Source of the DNA: Psammoneis japonica | Lineage: Eukaryota | Assembly: GCA_008632985.1 (NCBI GenBank) | Contig: QPGO01000199.1 | Span: 1-64,000, forward strand | Direction of reading: 5' to 3' | Length of the DNA: 64,000 nucleotides | Part shown: piece by piece, positions 1 to 13,604 of the stretch | Layout: the number at the start of each line of letters is the position of its first letter | How positions within the stretch are numbered: the stretch's first letter is position 1 | Translations under genes and position numbers: made by a program | Notes under the pieces: generated by a model | Database searches by the model: none | Told to the model about the DNA's origin: nothing | What the model saw: the letters and a program-made list of their open reading frames with translations, nothing else

Positions 1-503
1 ATCTGTAACGGTTCTATTACGTTTTTAAATATCGAACCTTCAGCTTTATAAGTAAATATGCAAACGAAGCACATGAATGCGGAACAGCACGATACGAAGC
101 ACCAAAAAAAAAAGAAACCATGACGAATGGTGAATGCGATGAAGCCAAAACAAGTGGTCGTAGCCTCTGTTCACAGCAGAATGCAGAAACGCATGGCCGC
201 AATGATCAAGGTGCTCCTTGGTCGTCATCATAAAACTTCAAATCACACGGTCCGATGTCAGATGACGCTCTGAACTGCTCAACGGAGAACAGAGTGGTGG
301 GGCGGCATGACGTCACCTCTGTCCTCCAGTTGTCCACTTGTCATCGGAGTGGCGAATGACGCAAAAGTTTGGGAATCCATGCCACAAGCAGCGTGGTCAA
401 TGCTGCACTTGTCATGCCTGGCTTTGACTGGATTGGACACGACTTTTGGGAGGACCAGCAGGTCAGAAGGGCGCGCAAATTCTCGCAGAACTGGGGCCTG
501 TTT

Positions 504-896
504 GACGCGTTCCAGCCCCAGGTGGGACTCCGTGTGACATTGGGCCCGCAGAATTCTGCGTGCGAGCTCCGCAACATGAGAATTTAATCAATGGATGCAC
601 ACATCTTCAACGTCAAACAAACGGCCAAGTTTGTGGCACAATTGCGCCTCTTGCCACTCAGTGTTTTTGCAGGCGCGCCTGCCCCACATGATTCTTAAGA
701 CATTGTGGAATCGCGCTGTGACAAAAAATGTCAAAAGTTGTTGGATGGATCGCTCAACAAGTGTGCCATAAAATGACACAAAACATCGAAAAAATCACGC
801 AGAAATCTGCGCGCATGACATGCGATGAGATTCAAAAAACTGTCGACGTCACAGCTCAGCAGTGCGAGGTCCCACCTGGCAGACCTGGAACACGTC
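504..896. mobile_element. MITE, GAC-terminus family, copy 1 (TpA-depleted)
   Basis: TIRs GACGCGTTCCAGCCCCAGGTGGGAC ... GTCCCACCTGGCAGACCTGGAACACGTC; 4-bp TSD GTTT on both sides; colinear with copy at 4011-4401. Confidence 0.9.
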
Positions 897-2692
897 GTTT
901 GCAGAAAATGTTGATGTGCTCAACGTCTTCATGGTGGATCCAACAAACCTCAATGTCTTGTTTTGTGAGGCGGGTGTCAGAGATTTGATCGACACTTGTG
1001 CTGAGACGCAAAACAAGCCTGCAAGTTGGGGAGCAAGGTTCGTTGTCACAGACGTCATGAACGACTTCAAGACAACTCAAAACTCAATCAGCTCATCAAG
1101 AGCATGTTCCAGCATTTCAGAATTTTGGACAGTCCACTGATGCCACCAACCTTGCGGCGCGAGTGACAGCCAACAGCTGGCGGCTCGGTTTCCCACTGGA
1201 CTCAACTTGGGGTCGATTGAAGGGTTGCACAGGGCCTTTGGTTTCTTCAGATTGTCTCGAAAACAACAGCTCTGATTCTGAAGTGCAGCTTCTCGGGAGA
1301 CATGAGACAAAAGACTCTTGAGGCACTTTTCAATGCTTTCTTCTTGGTCCTCAGACTTGAGGCTCGTTGATTTGGTCTCCCAATTCTCTCCAATGGTCTC
1401 TCCTTGCACAGCAGATGCACTTCTTGGACCTGATCGACTTGTGACCTGAAATTCCATCCAGCCTTGACTTGGTGCAGACCTTTCAACAATGCTGTGCTCT
1501 TGCAAAGTTTTTGGTCCTGAGGCACTTGAAATGGATCGTGTTGGAACGAATCCCTTTGTCTTGAAGACAAAAAATGGGGTTCCATCTTGAGGCACTGCTC
1601 GGATTGAGCTGCTTCCGCTCGGAAATCGATTCCAGCAGAACCAGCGCATTTCACACCTGCTCATGGAAGCATTTGCAAAGGCACGCTGGCTAAAATTTTC
1701 ATTTTCCATGTTTTTGCCTTCTGTGGTGTGTGCACACAATGCACCATGCTCGAAGAACAAGCACAAACAAAAGCAGAATCAAGCATGAAAAGTGGAAATT
1801 ATGAGATTGAATTTTGCTCTGTGATTTTTGGTTTCTCCAAACGAGCTCTCAATGGCCTGAAGCTTCTGCACTGCTTCTGCAGACAAAAGGCCTTTCGGAG
1901 AACATGTTCGTGACAACAGATTGTCCAGATGCAATTGCCATTGACACACAAGATGTCAACATCATCAATCGATCGTGTTTGCAATTTTTGACATCCGATC
2001 AACTCTGTGTGGTCATTCTGTCCTTTGTGCACATTGTGCGATTGACGTGCAAACACAGCGCACAATTGTGAACATGCATGTGACAGTCACACACTGCACA
2101 TTGTCTGGCTGGATCACCAAAAAATGAGGAAAGTCATTGCACAAGAGAGAAGCTGAAGCCACTCAAAAAATTTCATTCTCTGCCTTGCATGAAGAAGCAA
2201 GCATTTGACATCATTGAATGAGGCCCCTGTCAGCAGCCAGTGGGTGCAAAGCACAAAGCTGCAGCTGTGCACACCAGCCCAAAAGAAAGGTCTGAGCAGC
2301 GCATCTGAGATTGAAAAGCTGCCAGAACAATGTGAAAAGAGTGGCACAAGACAGCATTGCTCATGCAGAAGCTCTTTGATCTCATGTTTCTTTGTTCATT
2401 TGGGCTTGGAATCAGCTCTCTGGAGATGAGCTCCTCCTTGGAGGCCTTTCCTGTTGCTTTGCAAAAAGCTGTTCAAACATTTCACGAGCTGCTTTGACAG
2501 CTCTGTTGTCAGCAGATCCACACTTCAAATGTGTCGCTGAGCTCTCTCCTTTGATTTTAGAAAGACCACTCTCTCCATGCAATGTCATCTTGATGAGTCT
2601 GGTCGACAAATGACAGGATGCCCAGACCCTTGCTGGGTGCATTTGTTGACACCCCATTTTGTGACATTGTCTGTGGCACTCGGTTCAAAAGA

Positions 2693-3089
2693 GACACGTT
2701 CCAGGTCTAGGTGGGACCTCGTAGGGCCCTACTGCTGAACTGTGACATCGACAGTTTTTTGAATCTCGTCGTATGTCGCGCACGTAGAATTCTACGTGAT
2801 TTTTTGATATTTTGTGTCATTTTACGGTACACTTATTGAGCGATGCGTCCAAAAACTTATGACATTTTTTGTTACAGCGCGATTCTATAATGTCTTAAGA
2901 ATCGCGTAGGGCAGGTGCATTTGCAAAAACGTCGAGTGGTAAGAGGCATAATTGCACCACAAACTTGGCCGTTTATTTGATGTTGAAGACAAACACATCC
3001 ATTAATTAAATTCTCGTACTACGGAGCTCGCACGTAGAATTCTACGGGCCCAATGTCACACGGAGTCCCACCTAGGGCTGGAACGCGTC
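2693..3089. mobile_element. MITE, GAC-terminus family, copy 2 (TpA-intact, inverted relative to copies 1 and 3)
   Basis: TIRs GACACGTTCCAGGTCTAGGTGGGAC / GTCCCACCTAGGGCTGGAACGCGTC; TSD AAGA; near-identical reverse complement of 4011-4401. Confidence 0.92.
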
Positions 3090-4010
3090 AAGAGTCAGAG
3101 TTGAACTCCTCAAATTGCCTGTCAGGCAGTCCCTTGATGAACCCTGGCAGCAACATCAGAACAACCACCACAGAGCAAAGGACAACCAGCTTCACCCCTG
3201 CCAGATGGAGGGGCCATGGGATGAACCCTGGCATCATTGCAGGCACGTGCTTTGCCAAACCAAAAAAAAGACAAAAAACAGGGCCAAGAATGAACACAAC
3301 AAAGACAGCTCTCGACACAGCAACTTTCCTTCCCTGGCAGTGACTGCATTCTGGGGCTGTTTGTTAGACAGACAACTGCAGCTGCTCCCCCTTTGTCCCT
3401 TGGAAGCACTGGAGGGAGACAAACGACCCATGGCAAAAACAGGAAACATGCAAAGAAGTGCCGAGTGAAATGCCAGCGATGCAAAAAACAAAAAATTGCA
3501 AATGAAATTTTGTGCGAAGTCAAACGGATCAAAATGAAAATTTCAGAATGCCCATGACTGCAAGTTCAGTGCACCTGCAACAACATTGGATGCAGAGATT
3601 GAAATTTTTGTCAACAGGGAGGGAAAAAATCCCTGTGGAGAAAAAGAGGTCTCGGGGCATTGCTGGGAAAAATGACAGCACCACCCAAAAAGAGCTGGAG
3701 ACTTGCACAAAGAGCAAGTGCAGGGGGGCATGCAGGGGGTGTGGCAACTTGAACAATTGGTGAGTTTGCGTCTGTTTCTGGAAGGTTGTGAGATCAAATT
3801 GAGCCAAGGGGACGTCAATTGAATGTTGTTTGGCATGCCTGCAGGGTTGATGCGGGTGCCACTCGATTCAGTCAGGGCCACAAGAAATTGATGCAGGTCA
3901 GCTGCATTGAATGAAGGCAAGGGCTCATTTGATGAATGGAAACCCAACGGATTCATGCAAGACATGCGTTGAGCCCGCCTCTGATGAAGTTCAGATGACG
4001 GTTGAAGGCA

Positions 4011-4401
4011 GACGCGTTCCAGCCCCAGGTGGGACTCCGTGTGACATTGGGCCCGTAGAATTCTACGTGCGAGCTCCGTAGTACGAGAATTTAATTAATG
4101 GACACATTTATCTTCAACATCAAATAAACGGCCAAGTTTGTGGCGCAATTATGCCTCTTACCACTCGACGTTTTTGCAAATGCACCTGCCCTACGCGATT
4201 CTTAAGACATTATAGAATCGCGCTGTAACAAAAAATGTCAAAAGTTGTTGGACGGATCGCTCAATAAGTGCACCGTAAAATGACACAAAATATCAAAAAA
4301 AATCACGTAGAAATCTACGTGCGCGACATACGACGTGATTCAAAAAACCATCGATGTCACAGTTCAGTGGCACGAGGTCCCACCTAGACCTGGAACGCGT
4401 C
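4011..4401. mobile_element. MITE, GAC-terminus family, copy 3 (TpA-intact)
   Basis: TIRs as above; TSD GGCA; the empty site is visible in a homologous sequence at about 25775-25810 (reverse strand). Confidence 0.92.
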
Positions 4402-4708
4402 GGCACACACCAAATGAAGATTCCTTGCTTTTTAAAAGACTCACACCTTGTGATCACCATGATGTTTGAACATGCTCTCCAGGTGTTTCTTCTTGCATTT
4501 GGTGTTGAACGTTGCCGCCACTGCAGCCGATCCCATGGTCGACTTGAGATGCGTGGCGTGTCTCTGCATTTCCGAGAGAAGAGATTGATTTTGTGGGTTG
4601 TGTGCTTTCGGTCGAAATTCGACAGCGCGATTGCCGCGTGGCGGACGTGGCCCAAAAGCGTCGTGAACCGAAGAGGGATCTCAGATCGAACAAACACAAC
4701 AGCAGAGG

Positions 4709-6321
4709 ATGAGCAACCACACCATCATGGCCACGGAAAATGGCGAGGACAGCGTTTCAAGCAATGATGCGGACAATGGCGATGACAGCGTCTCTGTTGA
4801 AGATGAGGGACCAATCATCAGCGACGAAGATTTTGCCAAAAATGAGCCAAGGGTTTTGGAAGCGTTGACCAGTGGAGATCCACGCAACTGCAGAAACCTG
4901 ATTTTGCCTTTTGGCGGGACATCCCCGAGGAGCTGCAGACCAACCCAGCGTTTCTAGCCAAGGCGGTTAGTGCGGGTGTGCAGAATGTTGCTTTCGATGC
5001 TGACAACAATTTGACAGCCCCAGAGTTCTTGGATGACCTGACAGCGGTTCCTGGTGCAGATGCCCTCGACAGCATGATGGAACAAAACCCCAATTTGGCA
5101 AACAAGAGGAAGTTCTGGTTGGCCGTCGCTTGCTCCTGTGACGCTGATTGTGTCAGAGGTGCTCCTCCTGGGATGTGCTCTGACAAGGAGATCCTGACAG
5201 CAGCGTGTGCAAGAGGGTGTTTGTGGGACCTTCTGGACGAGACTGCATTGAACGACAGGGTCTTTTGGTTGACCATTGCTCGCACTCTGGAAGAGGATGA
5301 GCATGACCAACACTTTGTTGAACACCATTTTGAGCAGCATGCTCCTCATGCTGTGCTCTGTGACAAGGAAATCATGGTGGAAGTGTGTTCAAGGGGATTC
5401 ATGTGGGAGCATGCTGATGAGGCTGTGCTGAACAATCCAGCCTTTCTGAAGGACATCCCACAACGGGACCCGAAATTTTTGAACCGTTTGGAGCCTGCAA
5501 CATTGTCTCGATTCCCCAACACTCTCATTGCGTTCTTGCCAATCGCCTTCCGCAGAGTGTGTGATGGCAATGATGCTGACTTCTTTGCATGGGAGAGGTC
5601 CATGGCAGATCAGATTCCTCAGGAAATGTGGAACAACAATCGCCATGTTGTCTGGGCTTGGTTCAAGGCAGGAGGCGCTTTCTTGCAAGGGAAGCATGGA
5701 GAACATCAAAACGATCCGCTTGTTGGTGGTTGGATTTGCCAACATTTTTTGCTTTCTGAGAAACTTTTGGAGCATTTCAGACTTGCGGCACCTGCATTGT
5801 TGAGCGAAAAAGATTTCATGATCAAAGCTGCTGCTCTCAACCTGAACATCTTTCATGTGGCAGCAGATGGTCTTCAGCTTGATTTCTCATTTCAGTTGGC
5901 TGCCTTTGGGGAGAGGCCTGATCATTGTCCACACACCAATGGTGAAACGTGGCCGAATCTGCGCCACTGCATGATGCAGTTTCGCGCAAAGGCCTCCGAG
6001 GAATTGCAGTCGCACCGCGATTTTGAGTTTTCAGCTCAGCGAATTCCTGACGTGTTGCCTTTTCATGTGACTGCAAACTCGAAAGTTCTTCCGGACGATG
6101 CCAGGGTCAAAAAGCTTGAGGTTGTCATGGAGAACATTGCCGCCGCCTCATTGGTGAAGAGTGGCACCATCTTCTGTGAGTGTCGGCAGCTGCCGATGGG
6201 ACAACCCACAACTCTTGTAGTGTGTTTTCCAACTGGCAGCCCTTCTGCATGTTTTTTTTTAAATGAGTGCATGGTAAAAAGGCCAAAAGGACGGACTTTC
6301 TGTTGTTTCTTAAATGAGTGA
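4709..6321 (+). pseudogene. DUF4116-like repeat protein, frameshifted and TpA-mutated
   Basis: Repeated DKEI(L/M)xxxCxxG / LLSEKDFMIKAA motifs resembling DUF4116 repeats; frameshift between ORFs 4709-4957 and 4978-6321; no Tyr in 447 aa. Confidence 0.55.
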
Positions 6322-6665
6322 CGGTGCCGTCTTGGAGCTGCAACAAGCGCGCCAAACCATGATTTCAGCATTTTAGCTCGCATCACTCCATTGTTTGTGC
6401 TCAACGTCTCGACGGCTCCACTTTTTGTTGTGACGGGCTGTCATCACAATGCACGGGGACATTGCCTTTCACAGAGATGCAACGAAGCAGTTGGTGCAAG
6501 ACACCTGTGCGAGCAAAGCAAAAACTGCTTGCGCCCCCCTTAAAAGAGTTAAGCTGTTCATTTCGTAATTCAACACAACTTCAACAAGTTTGCCAATCTC
6601 ACATTCCCCATCACAACACACAATCATCACATGACAGGCTCGTCATTTTCCCACATTCCATCGTG

Positions 6666-8490
6666 TCAAATCGATCCATCGGGGTGTGCTTTGACACACT
6701 TGCTGTGTGCGGCACCCGCTTTCCATTCTCCCTTGCAGCAACGTCCATTGCTCCAAAAGCATTCCCCGGACCCATCGTAAAAGCCATCTCTCCATCCTCC
6801 CTTGCAGCAACCACCATTGCTAAATCGATGCTCATCCTCCCCGTCTTGCTGTCCGTGTGCAAAGTCACCGGCACACTGACTCCCATCGGGCCACGCAAAT
6901 TGGCCCTTGCCATGTCGCTTGTTGAATGCAAGCTCCCCGTTGCAGGTGCATCCATCTTGCCATTGATGCAAGCCACCGCCGTGGCGTTGATCAAAGTGGC
7001 ACTTGCCTTCACAGGAATCGCCATTGCCAAAGATGGCCTTGCCAAAACCGCGCCACATGTCGTGATGCCAATCGCCCTCACAGGTGTGCTCGTCGACCTG
7101 ATGGACCATTTTCCCCAAACCGTGGGGCATGCCAAAATTTGTGAATTGACCAATTGCTGTCGTTCCTCGTGATGGGTGGAGGAGGCCGCGGCAATGCTGG
7201 TCATGGTGGCATCGTCGCCGTCATTGTGGTTGCTGTTGTTTGGAATGTACAAGCGCTCCATGTTGTTGTTGTTCAGTGGCTTGCCATCCACCATGCTGGT
7301 TGGAACTTGTGGTTCATCCAGAGAATGACCCTTGGGAAGCAAGGCATCATCATTGGAGGGTGCAATCAAGCTCATTGGTGACAACGCGTCTTCCTCTTGT
7401 TGTTGCACTGCCGCCGGTTTTCGATCATCATCTTGAACTGTTTCGAGTGCTGCCGGTTTATGCTCGTCATCTTCTTCCTCTTCTGGTTCCTCCTCCATTC
7501 ATTCAAAGCTGGAAGATGTGCCGTGGTTGGGCTTTCAGTGGCAGCCGCTGCAGCAGCGGTTGGGTGTGGTGTTTGTTTGCGGCGCGCTGGCGCCATTTCC
7601 GGAGCAGCCGCCATTGGACCACTGCTCGACAGTGCCGCCGCTGCACCCACCGCTGCAGCCGTGCCAACTGCAGCCACGGCCGTGGCCGGAGCAGTGTCCA
7701 TCTTGTTGGAAGTGACGGGTGTTTCCACTCGACTGCTGTTGCTGCTGCTCATGGAGGAAGAATCATTTGGAAGCCTTGGCCGTCTTTTTCGATGCCGCAG
7801 CGACAGAACATTCTTCATCATCATCTTGTTCCTCATCATCGTCGTCTTGAGCCGTGACCATGACGTGATGCTTGCGGGGAGCAGTGGCAGGAGCGTCTTT
7901 GACAGACGCTGCTGCAGTCGTGATGGTGCTCTCCTCGGTGAGTGGAGACTTTTTCGCATCGGGAACGGGGCTCACATGCGTTGGTTTCACAATTTGAATC
8001 AAGCCTTGGATCTCTTGTTTGGCAACATGCTGCTTTTGCTTTTCCTCCTCCTCCTTGTCATCATCTTTACGACTGCTCTTGCTTTGATTCTCAATCGATT
8101 TCTCCACGTCTTTTACTTGCTTTTCGACATTTTCCGAGGGCACTCGCTGCATTGTGGCATTGTCATTGTTGCTGCTGTCACTGCCTGCTTCCATGGAGGC
8201 TTGCAGCTTGTGCCACATCGGATGCCGGTTCCAGGTCATGCTTGATTTGTTCTCATTGTTGCAACCAATGTGTTTGTTGCTGTTGCATCTTTTCCATTTG
8301 TTGCGCCAGCGTGGCAACCACGATGTTGTTGCTTTGTGGTGATTGCACCCAACCGTTGTCATCGTCGGCGTCCATGATTTTCATGTCCACACTGCCAGGA
8401 GCACCAGTGCTGATTGTGTTTGCATTCATCATGTCTGTGTGCGTGAGTGTGTGTGACTGACATGTGTTGCATTGTTGCAGCTGTTGTGGT
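6666..8490 (-). pseudogene. MORN-repeat protein with low-complexity N-terminus, frameshifted
   Basis: ORF 6666-7130 has about 6 MORN repeats (xEGxWxxxxxHGxG) with the consensus Tyr replaced by Cys; upstream acidic/Gln-rich segments in shifting frames; 5' limit approximate. Confidence 0.75.
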
Positions 8491-11400
8491 TCTCGTGCTG
8501 TTGCATGTTTGGGTTTTGTTGCATTCCCCTCTCGGAACAATCCGATGCATGATGATGCTTCGGCGGAGGTGCATCGCTGCGGTTGTGTGTGTGTGCTTGC
8601 TGCTTTCCGTCCCAGCTCCATGATGCCACGTGTAAAAATTGACCCCCAGTTTTTAACCAAATGCCCACCTCAATCGACTGACAGCACACAGATGCGCAGT
8701 TCAGCACAATTTTGGGGGCCTGGAATGGGGGCAGATGTCAGTTGCTTGCCAATCACTGAATGTTGACTCTTGCACTTGCCCGTGTTGCAAAGGTGCTCCA
8801 CGAAAAGTTGGCTCTGTTTTGAAACACCAGATGCCATGAACAATGCACACCTGTTGCATTCTCGCAAGACATCGGTTTGAAGAGCATGAGACCGACAATG
8901 CTCACATCTTGTGCATTTTGTGGCTCTGCTCTCTCTGGCCACACGGCAGACAGCGGGGGTCAAAGTCCAGCTGATCTCTTCCAAAAAATGTGAGTCGAGC
9001 GGGTCATGCGGGATTCAAGACGCGTGACTCACTGCACGTGAAGGGAAACTTGACCCTTTCTTGACACCGAGATCAGATGATGACATCAACACAAGAGCTG
9101 TTTCATGGCTGCACTCTATTCTCCAATCCATGGCTGGCCTCATGACAACTGTGTTTGACCTGTTTCATGCCATGGACAGGCCAAGCAATCCACGAGAACT
9201 CACCCCACAAGCACCAGCACACTTTTGGTTGAAGGGTCAAGGAAAATGATGGCAGTTTGAACATCCTGATCAGCGACAATGTTGACAGGAAGGTCAGTCC
9301 ATTGGATGTTCATTGTGGAAGCATGCTGTGTTGCTGCTTTCTGGAGAGAAGACAGAAAAGCATTCACACGAGCCTTGTTTGCATGTGCCGCCACCTCCAG
9401 ACAGCCAATCTTGATGATGTCTCTTGAAGCGACCTTCAGCCTTCAACACCTTCTCACCAAAGCCAAATGGCGACTTCTGAGTCATCATTTGAAAACACTC
9501 CAGTCATGAGAAAATGTCGTCATGTCATTGGGTCTGGCCGCAGCTGGCAGGTGTTAGAAAAAGCAGCCCCGCAGCCAATGGCAGCAACATTTTGCACCAG
9601 CGCACACAGGCATGTGGTGTTTGCTACATTGAAGCAGCATTTGCTGCTGCCGCCAGTCAAAATGTGCAGTGGCAGGCAGCGCCACAAGGGTGGTGCCATC
9701 TTCTGTCTCTCTTTTCCACGCGCGCCTTCTTTGTGTGTGGCCTCAGCACCATCCAGCTCTGCTTTGGTGGCTGACCATTCAACATGAGAAGAGCAACATC
9801 ATCGCAAGTTTTTTGGAAGACAAGGAGAGTGTGGCAGCTGTCTCAGATGTCTCCTGGGTTGACGCACAGCAATGACTGTGGGACAAGGGCTGGCATGCAA
9901 GAAAGTCTGTGGCAGAGCAGCACAGCACCAGCTGGGGCACAAAGTCATCACCAGGTTTGCCAGCGGAGGAGCGGCAATGTGGCAAACACTTGTGCTGCTT
10001 GCAACACATGACCTCTGGCTTGCCTGGTTGGTGTGCTCTCAGCTGGTGAGCACTTTGCTCAATTTGGCTCAACTGAGTGAATCCCCAAAATTTCCCGGGA
10101 TTGCCACATTTTGCTGCTGTGTTTTCCATGGGAAGTGCGATTTGCAGGGAGATGCAACACGTGTGCTGCTTGTCACACATTTGCTCCTGTCATTGATGCA
10201 AATTCACACATTGGCAGTTCCTTGTGCTTCATCTGTCATGCATTTCTGTGCTCCTTCTGCATCATGTTGGGCAGCGCACATGTGCCAGACAGCGGAAATC
10301 GACAATTGACCGCACCGGCCACAACAAAAATGGGCAACGTGCAGCTTTTGCTGACCAACCATGACTCCATTTGATGCATTTGACAATGTTGATTTAATGG
10401 GGTCGATGGCACAAAACACAAGATGAAATGTGATGGGCTGTGCTGTGCAGAAGAATGCCAGCACAATTGGCTGTCAGCCGCAATTTGTTTTTTTAATGTG
10501 CAGCCACAAATGCAAGCCATGAGGTGCACAGTGAAGGCCAAGGCAAAAGTGGAGCCATGCATGGTTGACAAACACAATGTGGCAGATTGAACAGACAATC
10601 TCGTTCTTCCAACTGACACGCATCTCGTGTGCATGTGCAGAACGAGCATGAACACTTCCGCGTGTGTCGGCATGCTTGGATCAATTTCGTCAAGAAATGC
10701 TCACCCAAGTTGATGGTGACAATCACACATTCAAATCCAATGTTCACATGTTGGAGTTTGGAGAATCAGCAAATCAACCGATGTTCTTCACAAGATGGAC
10801 CTTTTTTGGTGGAAGACGTGCAGACAAAAATCGCTGTTTGTGACAGATGCACTCCATGAAAGTTCTGCATCAGAGTTGCATTGTGGCTCAAAAGGTTTGA
10901 CCAAATGTTTTTGATTTTTGCTTGTCCATCATCCATGTTCTCCGTGCCTTTTGTGTGAAAAAAAAAGCCATCGACCATCATGAGTGCGCTGTTCCGAGGT
11001 CGTCAATGTCGACAATTGAGGAGGAATTGGGGAATGACAGTCTCTCTTGCCCCCAACAGAAGGACACTGTGAGGCAACTGCTCCTCAAAGTTTTGATTTT
11101 AGTGATGTTTTTTGCATTTTCACTGACTCAACCACATTCGCCTGTTGCCGTTGCCACCAACAGAGTGCGAACGCACCCAAGACCTCACCAGCAGAGGTGC
11201 GTGCTGCCGTTGACTCCTTTGTTGCCATGAGGGGTCAATGGCAATGATTGTTGGTGGTTGGAATGAATGGTGACAAAGTTTTTCAAGTGCTTGAGATGCT
11301 GGAAGCTGTTGGAATGGAGACTCCTGATGGATTGGGCTCATCTGACCAAACCAATGTAAGAAGTTCTTTGAGTGATGTTGCAACTGTTGGCACTCCATTG

Positions 11401-11922
11401 TTGATGCAACACATGCCCAAGCCAGCCATCTGGGGCTCTCAGGCTGGTTTGTCTAAAAAAAAACAGTGACAGCTGCTGCAAGGAGAGGCTCCTCAAAAGT
11501 TTGGTTTGAGCCAGTGCCACGAAACACACTCTCTGGGGTTTGCTGCACCTGCAATGCAGCAGGGAAGCCAACACCTTGCCAAAGCATTTGAGCCAATCAC
11601 CCAAACTGGTGAGACAATTTGAAGCACCACGACTTCTCAGTGGGCAGCTGTCTCAATGAATGCAACCTGATGCATGGCCAATTCTGCAATTGATGCTTGA
11701 GCATTTCAAAAGAACTGTGTTCAGTGCAAAAAAACTGGACCTGGAGCTTGTCTGGGCTTGACGATGTCACGTGATGGCATGGAAGAGCATCACACTTGGG
11801 GCATGCCATGACTGCTAATTCGCCCTTTTCCCAATCTCTCTGCCACCATGATCCCGTTGTAAGTGCCACCTGGTTTCAATTCTGTCCCACTGTTCAAACA
11901 TCGCGCGTCTTTGGTTGAGAAC

Positions 11923-11988
11923 AAGGATCTCTTTTTGCGTTGACAAACTCAAGAAAGGATCTCTTTTTGCGTTGACAAACTCAAGAAA
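11923..11988. repeat. 32-bp direct tandem duplication
   Basis: AAGGATCTCTTTTTGCGTTGACAAACTCAAGA x2. Confidence 0.85.
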
Positions 11989-13604
11989 AGACTCGATTTA
12001 CAATTCATCATTGAGCTCTTTTGTCTGTGAGCAGAGTCGTCGCTGCATGTCTTCTGACGTCTGCTTTCGCAGTTCCACTCTCGTGCAGCTACAGTGTTGC
12101 ACACCTGCCTCCTGCGGCTGCTTCTGTGAAGTCACTCATGTGCAACAGCTGCCAGGCCCTGAGTCTAAATGTCCAAGCGACAGACAGCACTGAGCAGGGA
12201 TGTCGGCATGGAAGAAGATCACACTTGCGGCATGTTTCGACTGATTCCTTTGCTCGGTGGCGTCTCATGCTTGGCGTCAATTCGCATGCCCATTTCACCT
12301 TGTCCCCAGCGTCTCTGCTGGCAAAGACTGGTCTGTGGCACCTCAACACCGCTCCCCTCTCATTCAAGTCTACTCCATGTCATTGTTGCCATCACTGTCT
12401 TGAGTCAACGCCCGAAAGAGTCCCTTGGTGTCATTTGCACCATGACAGCCACGGAATTGAAAGTCTTGCGACGACGTGGCAATGTTTTGAATTCTTGTGC
12501 TTGCGGGAGAATGCTCCAGTTGCAGCAGCAGTGGCAATGCCGTCAGTCTCACGCTCCACTTGTTTTTCTGCTTTCTTCCTTTCTAATTCTTGCTTGCACA
12601 CTTGCAATTGCTTCTGCGCCTCCTTCCACAGACTCTCCTCCTTTTCCAATGCCGCAAATTCCACCATGAGATTCAATCCCTCCTGCTTGGTGGCATGATT
12701 CAGCTCACACAGCTGCTTGGCTTTGAGCAGAGGCTGTTGCTTTTGCATCTCCTTTTTTCGAAACGACGCTTGGCTGCTTCTTGTTTTTCCAATTGCTTTT
12801 GTTCTTCAAGTGGAACACACACGACAGTCTCACGCTCGACACGCGTCTCTTGCGCTCCGCGCTGAACACCTGCCGCCACGGCTTGACAAATGGAAACCTG
12901 ACATTCCAAAAGCACTGTTCCAATCATCTGATTGATTTTGGTGCTTGTCAACATCATCTTGAAAAACATCCTCGTACAACACTTGGACCAGAGCCTTGGA
13001 CGGAACCTCGGTTTCGACGGGGCATTCTACGAGCGGTCGCACTGCAGAAGCAGCAGCGAGCAGCGGGTGGTGTGGATGTTTTGGGACGCTTCATGAGAAT
13101 CGACGTGGGCGATTGAAACCACAGTGACATCAAGGAACTTGGATGCTTCCTCGAAAGTGTGCAAATGACGAAAAAAGACATTGCAAGGTCATCGGCGTGA
13201 GCCGGGGCATCATCGTCGCAGTCACGACTCAACGTCATTCTGGTCGCATCTCACGACTGCAACCCAGACTCAGATTTTCTCTTCGAAATAAATGGCTCAT
13301 CACAAAATCGATTCAAACAGAAGCAATGACATTCGTCATAATTTTTAGACAACGACCGTCTGTTTGCCTCTGTCGCTGTTCACATTGCTGCCAACCTCTG
13401 AGGTCTTGTCCATCCTGCCCGCTGCAGGACTGCATCTCGACTGGTCACAGAGCCCAATTTGCGTGTTGACGAGAGCTCCTGACCGAGTCATTGTCACGGA
13501 CACTTTTGGTTTTTGATTTTGAAGCAAACCCAGGAAATGGCTGAGTCTCTCTCGCTTCTCTTGTCTTCATTCTAACAAGAACCTCCCACACTGCACTCTC
13601 TGTC

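Noticed and set aside
2693..4401. One 1.7-kb element with 390-bp TIRs
   Set aside because: Each 390-bp unit has its own TIRs and its own TSD, so these are two independent MITE insertions.
8680..12930. Numerous short Cys/His-rich ORFs
   Set aside because: Heavily mutated sequence; I could not assign any family with confidence.
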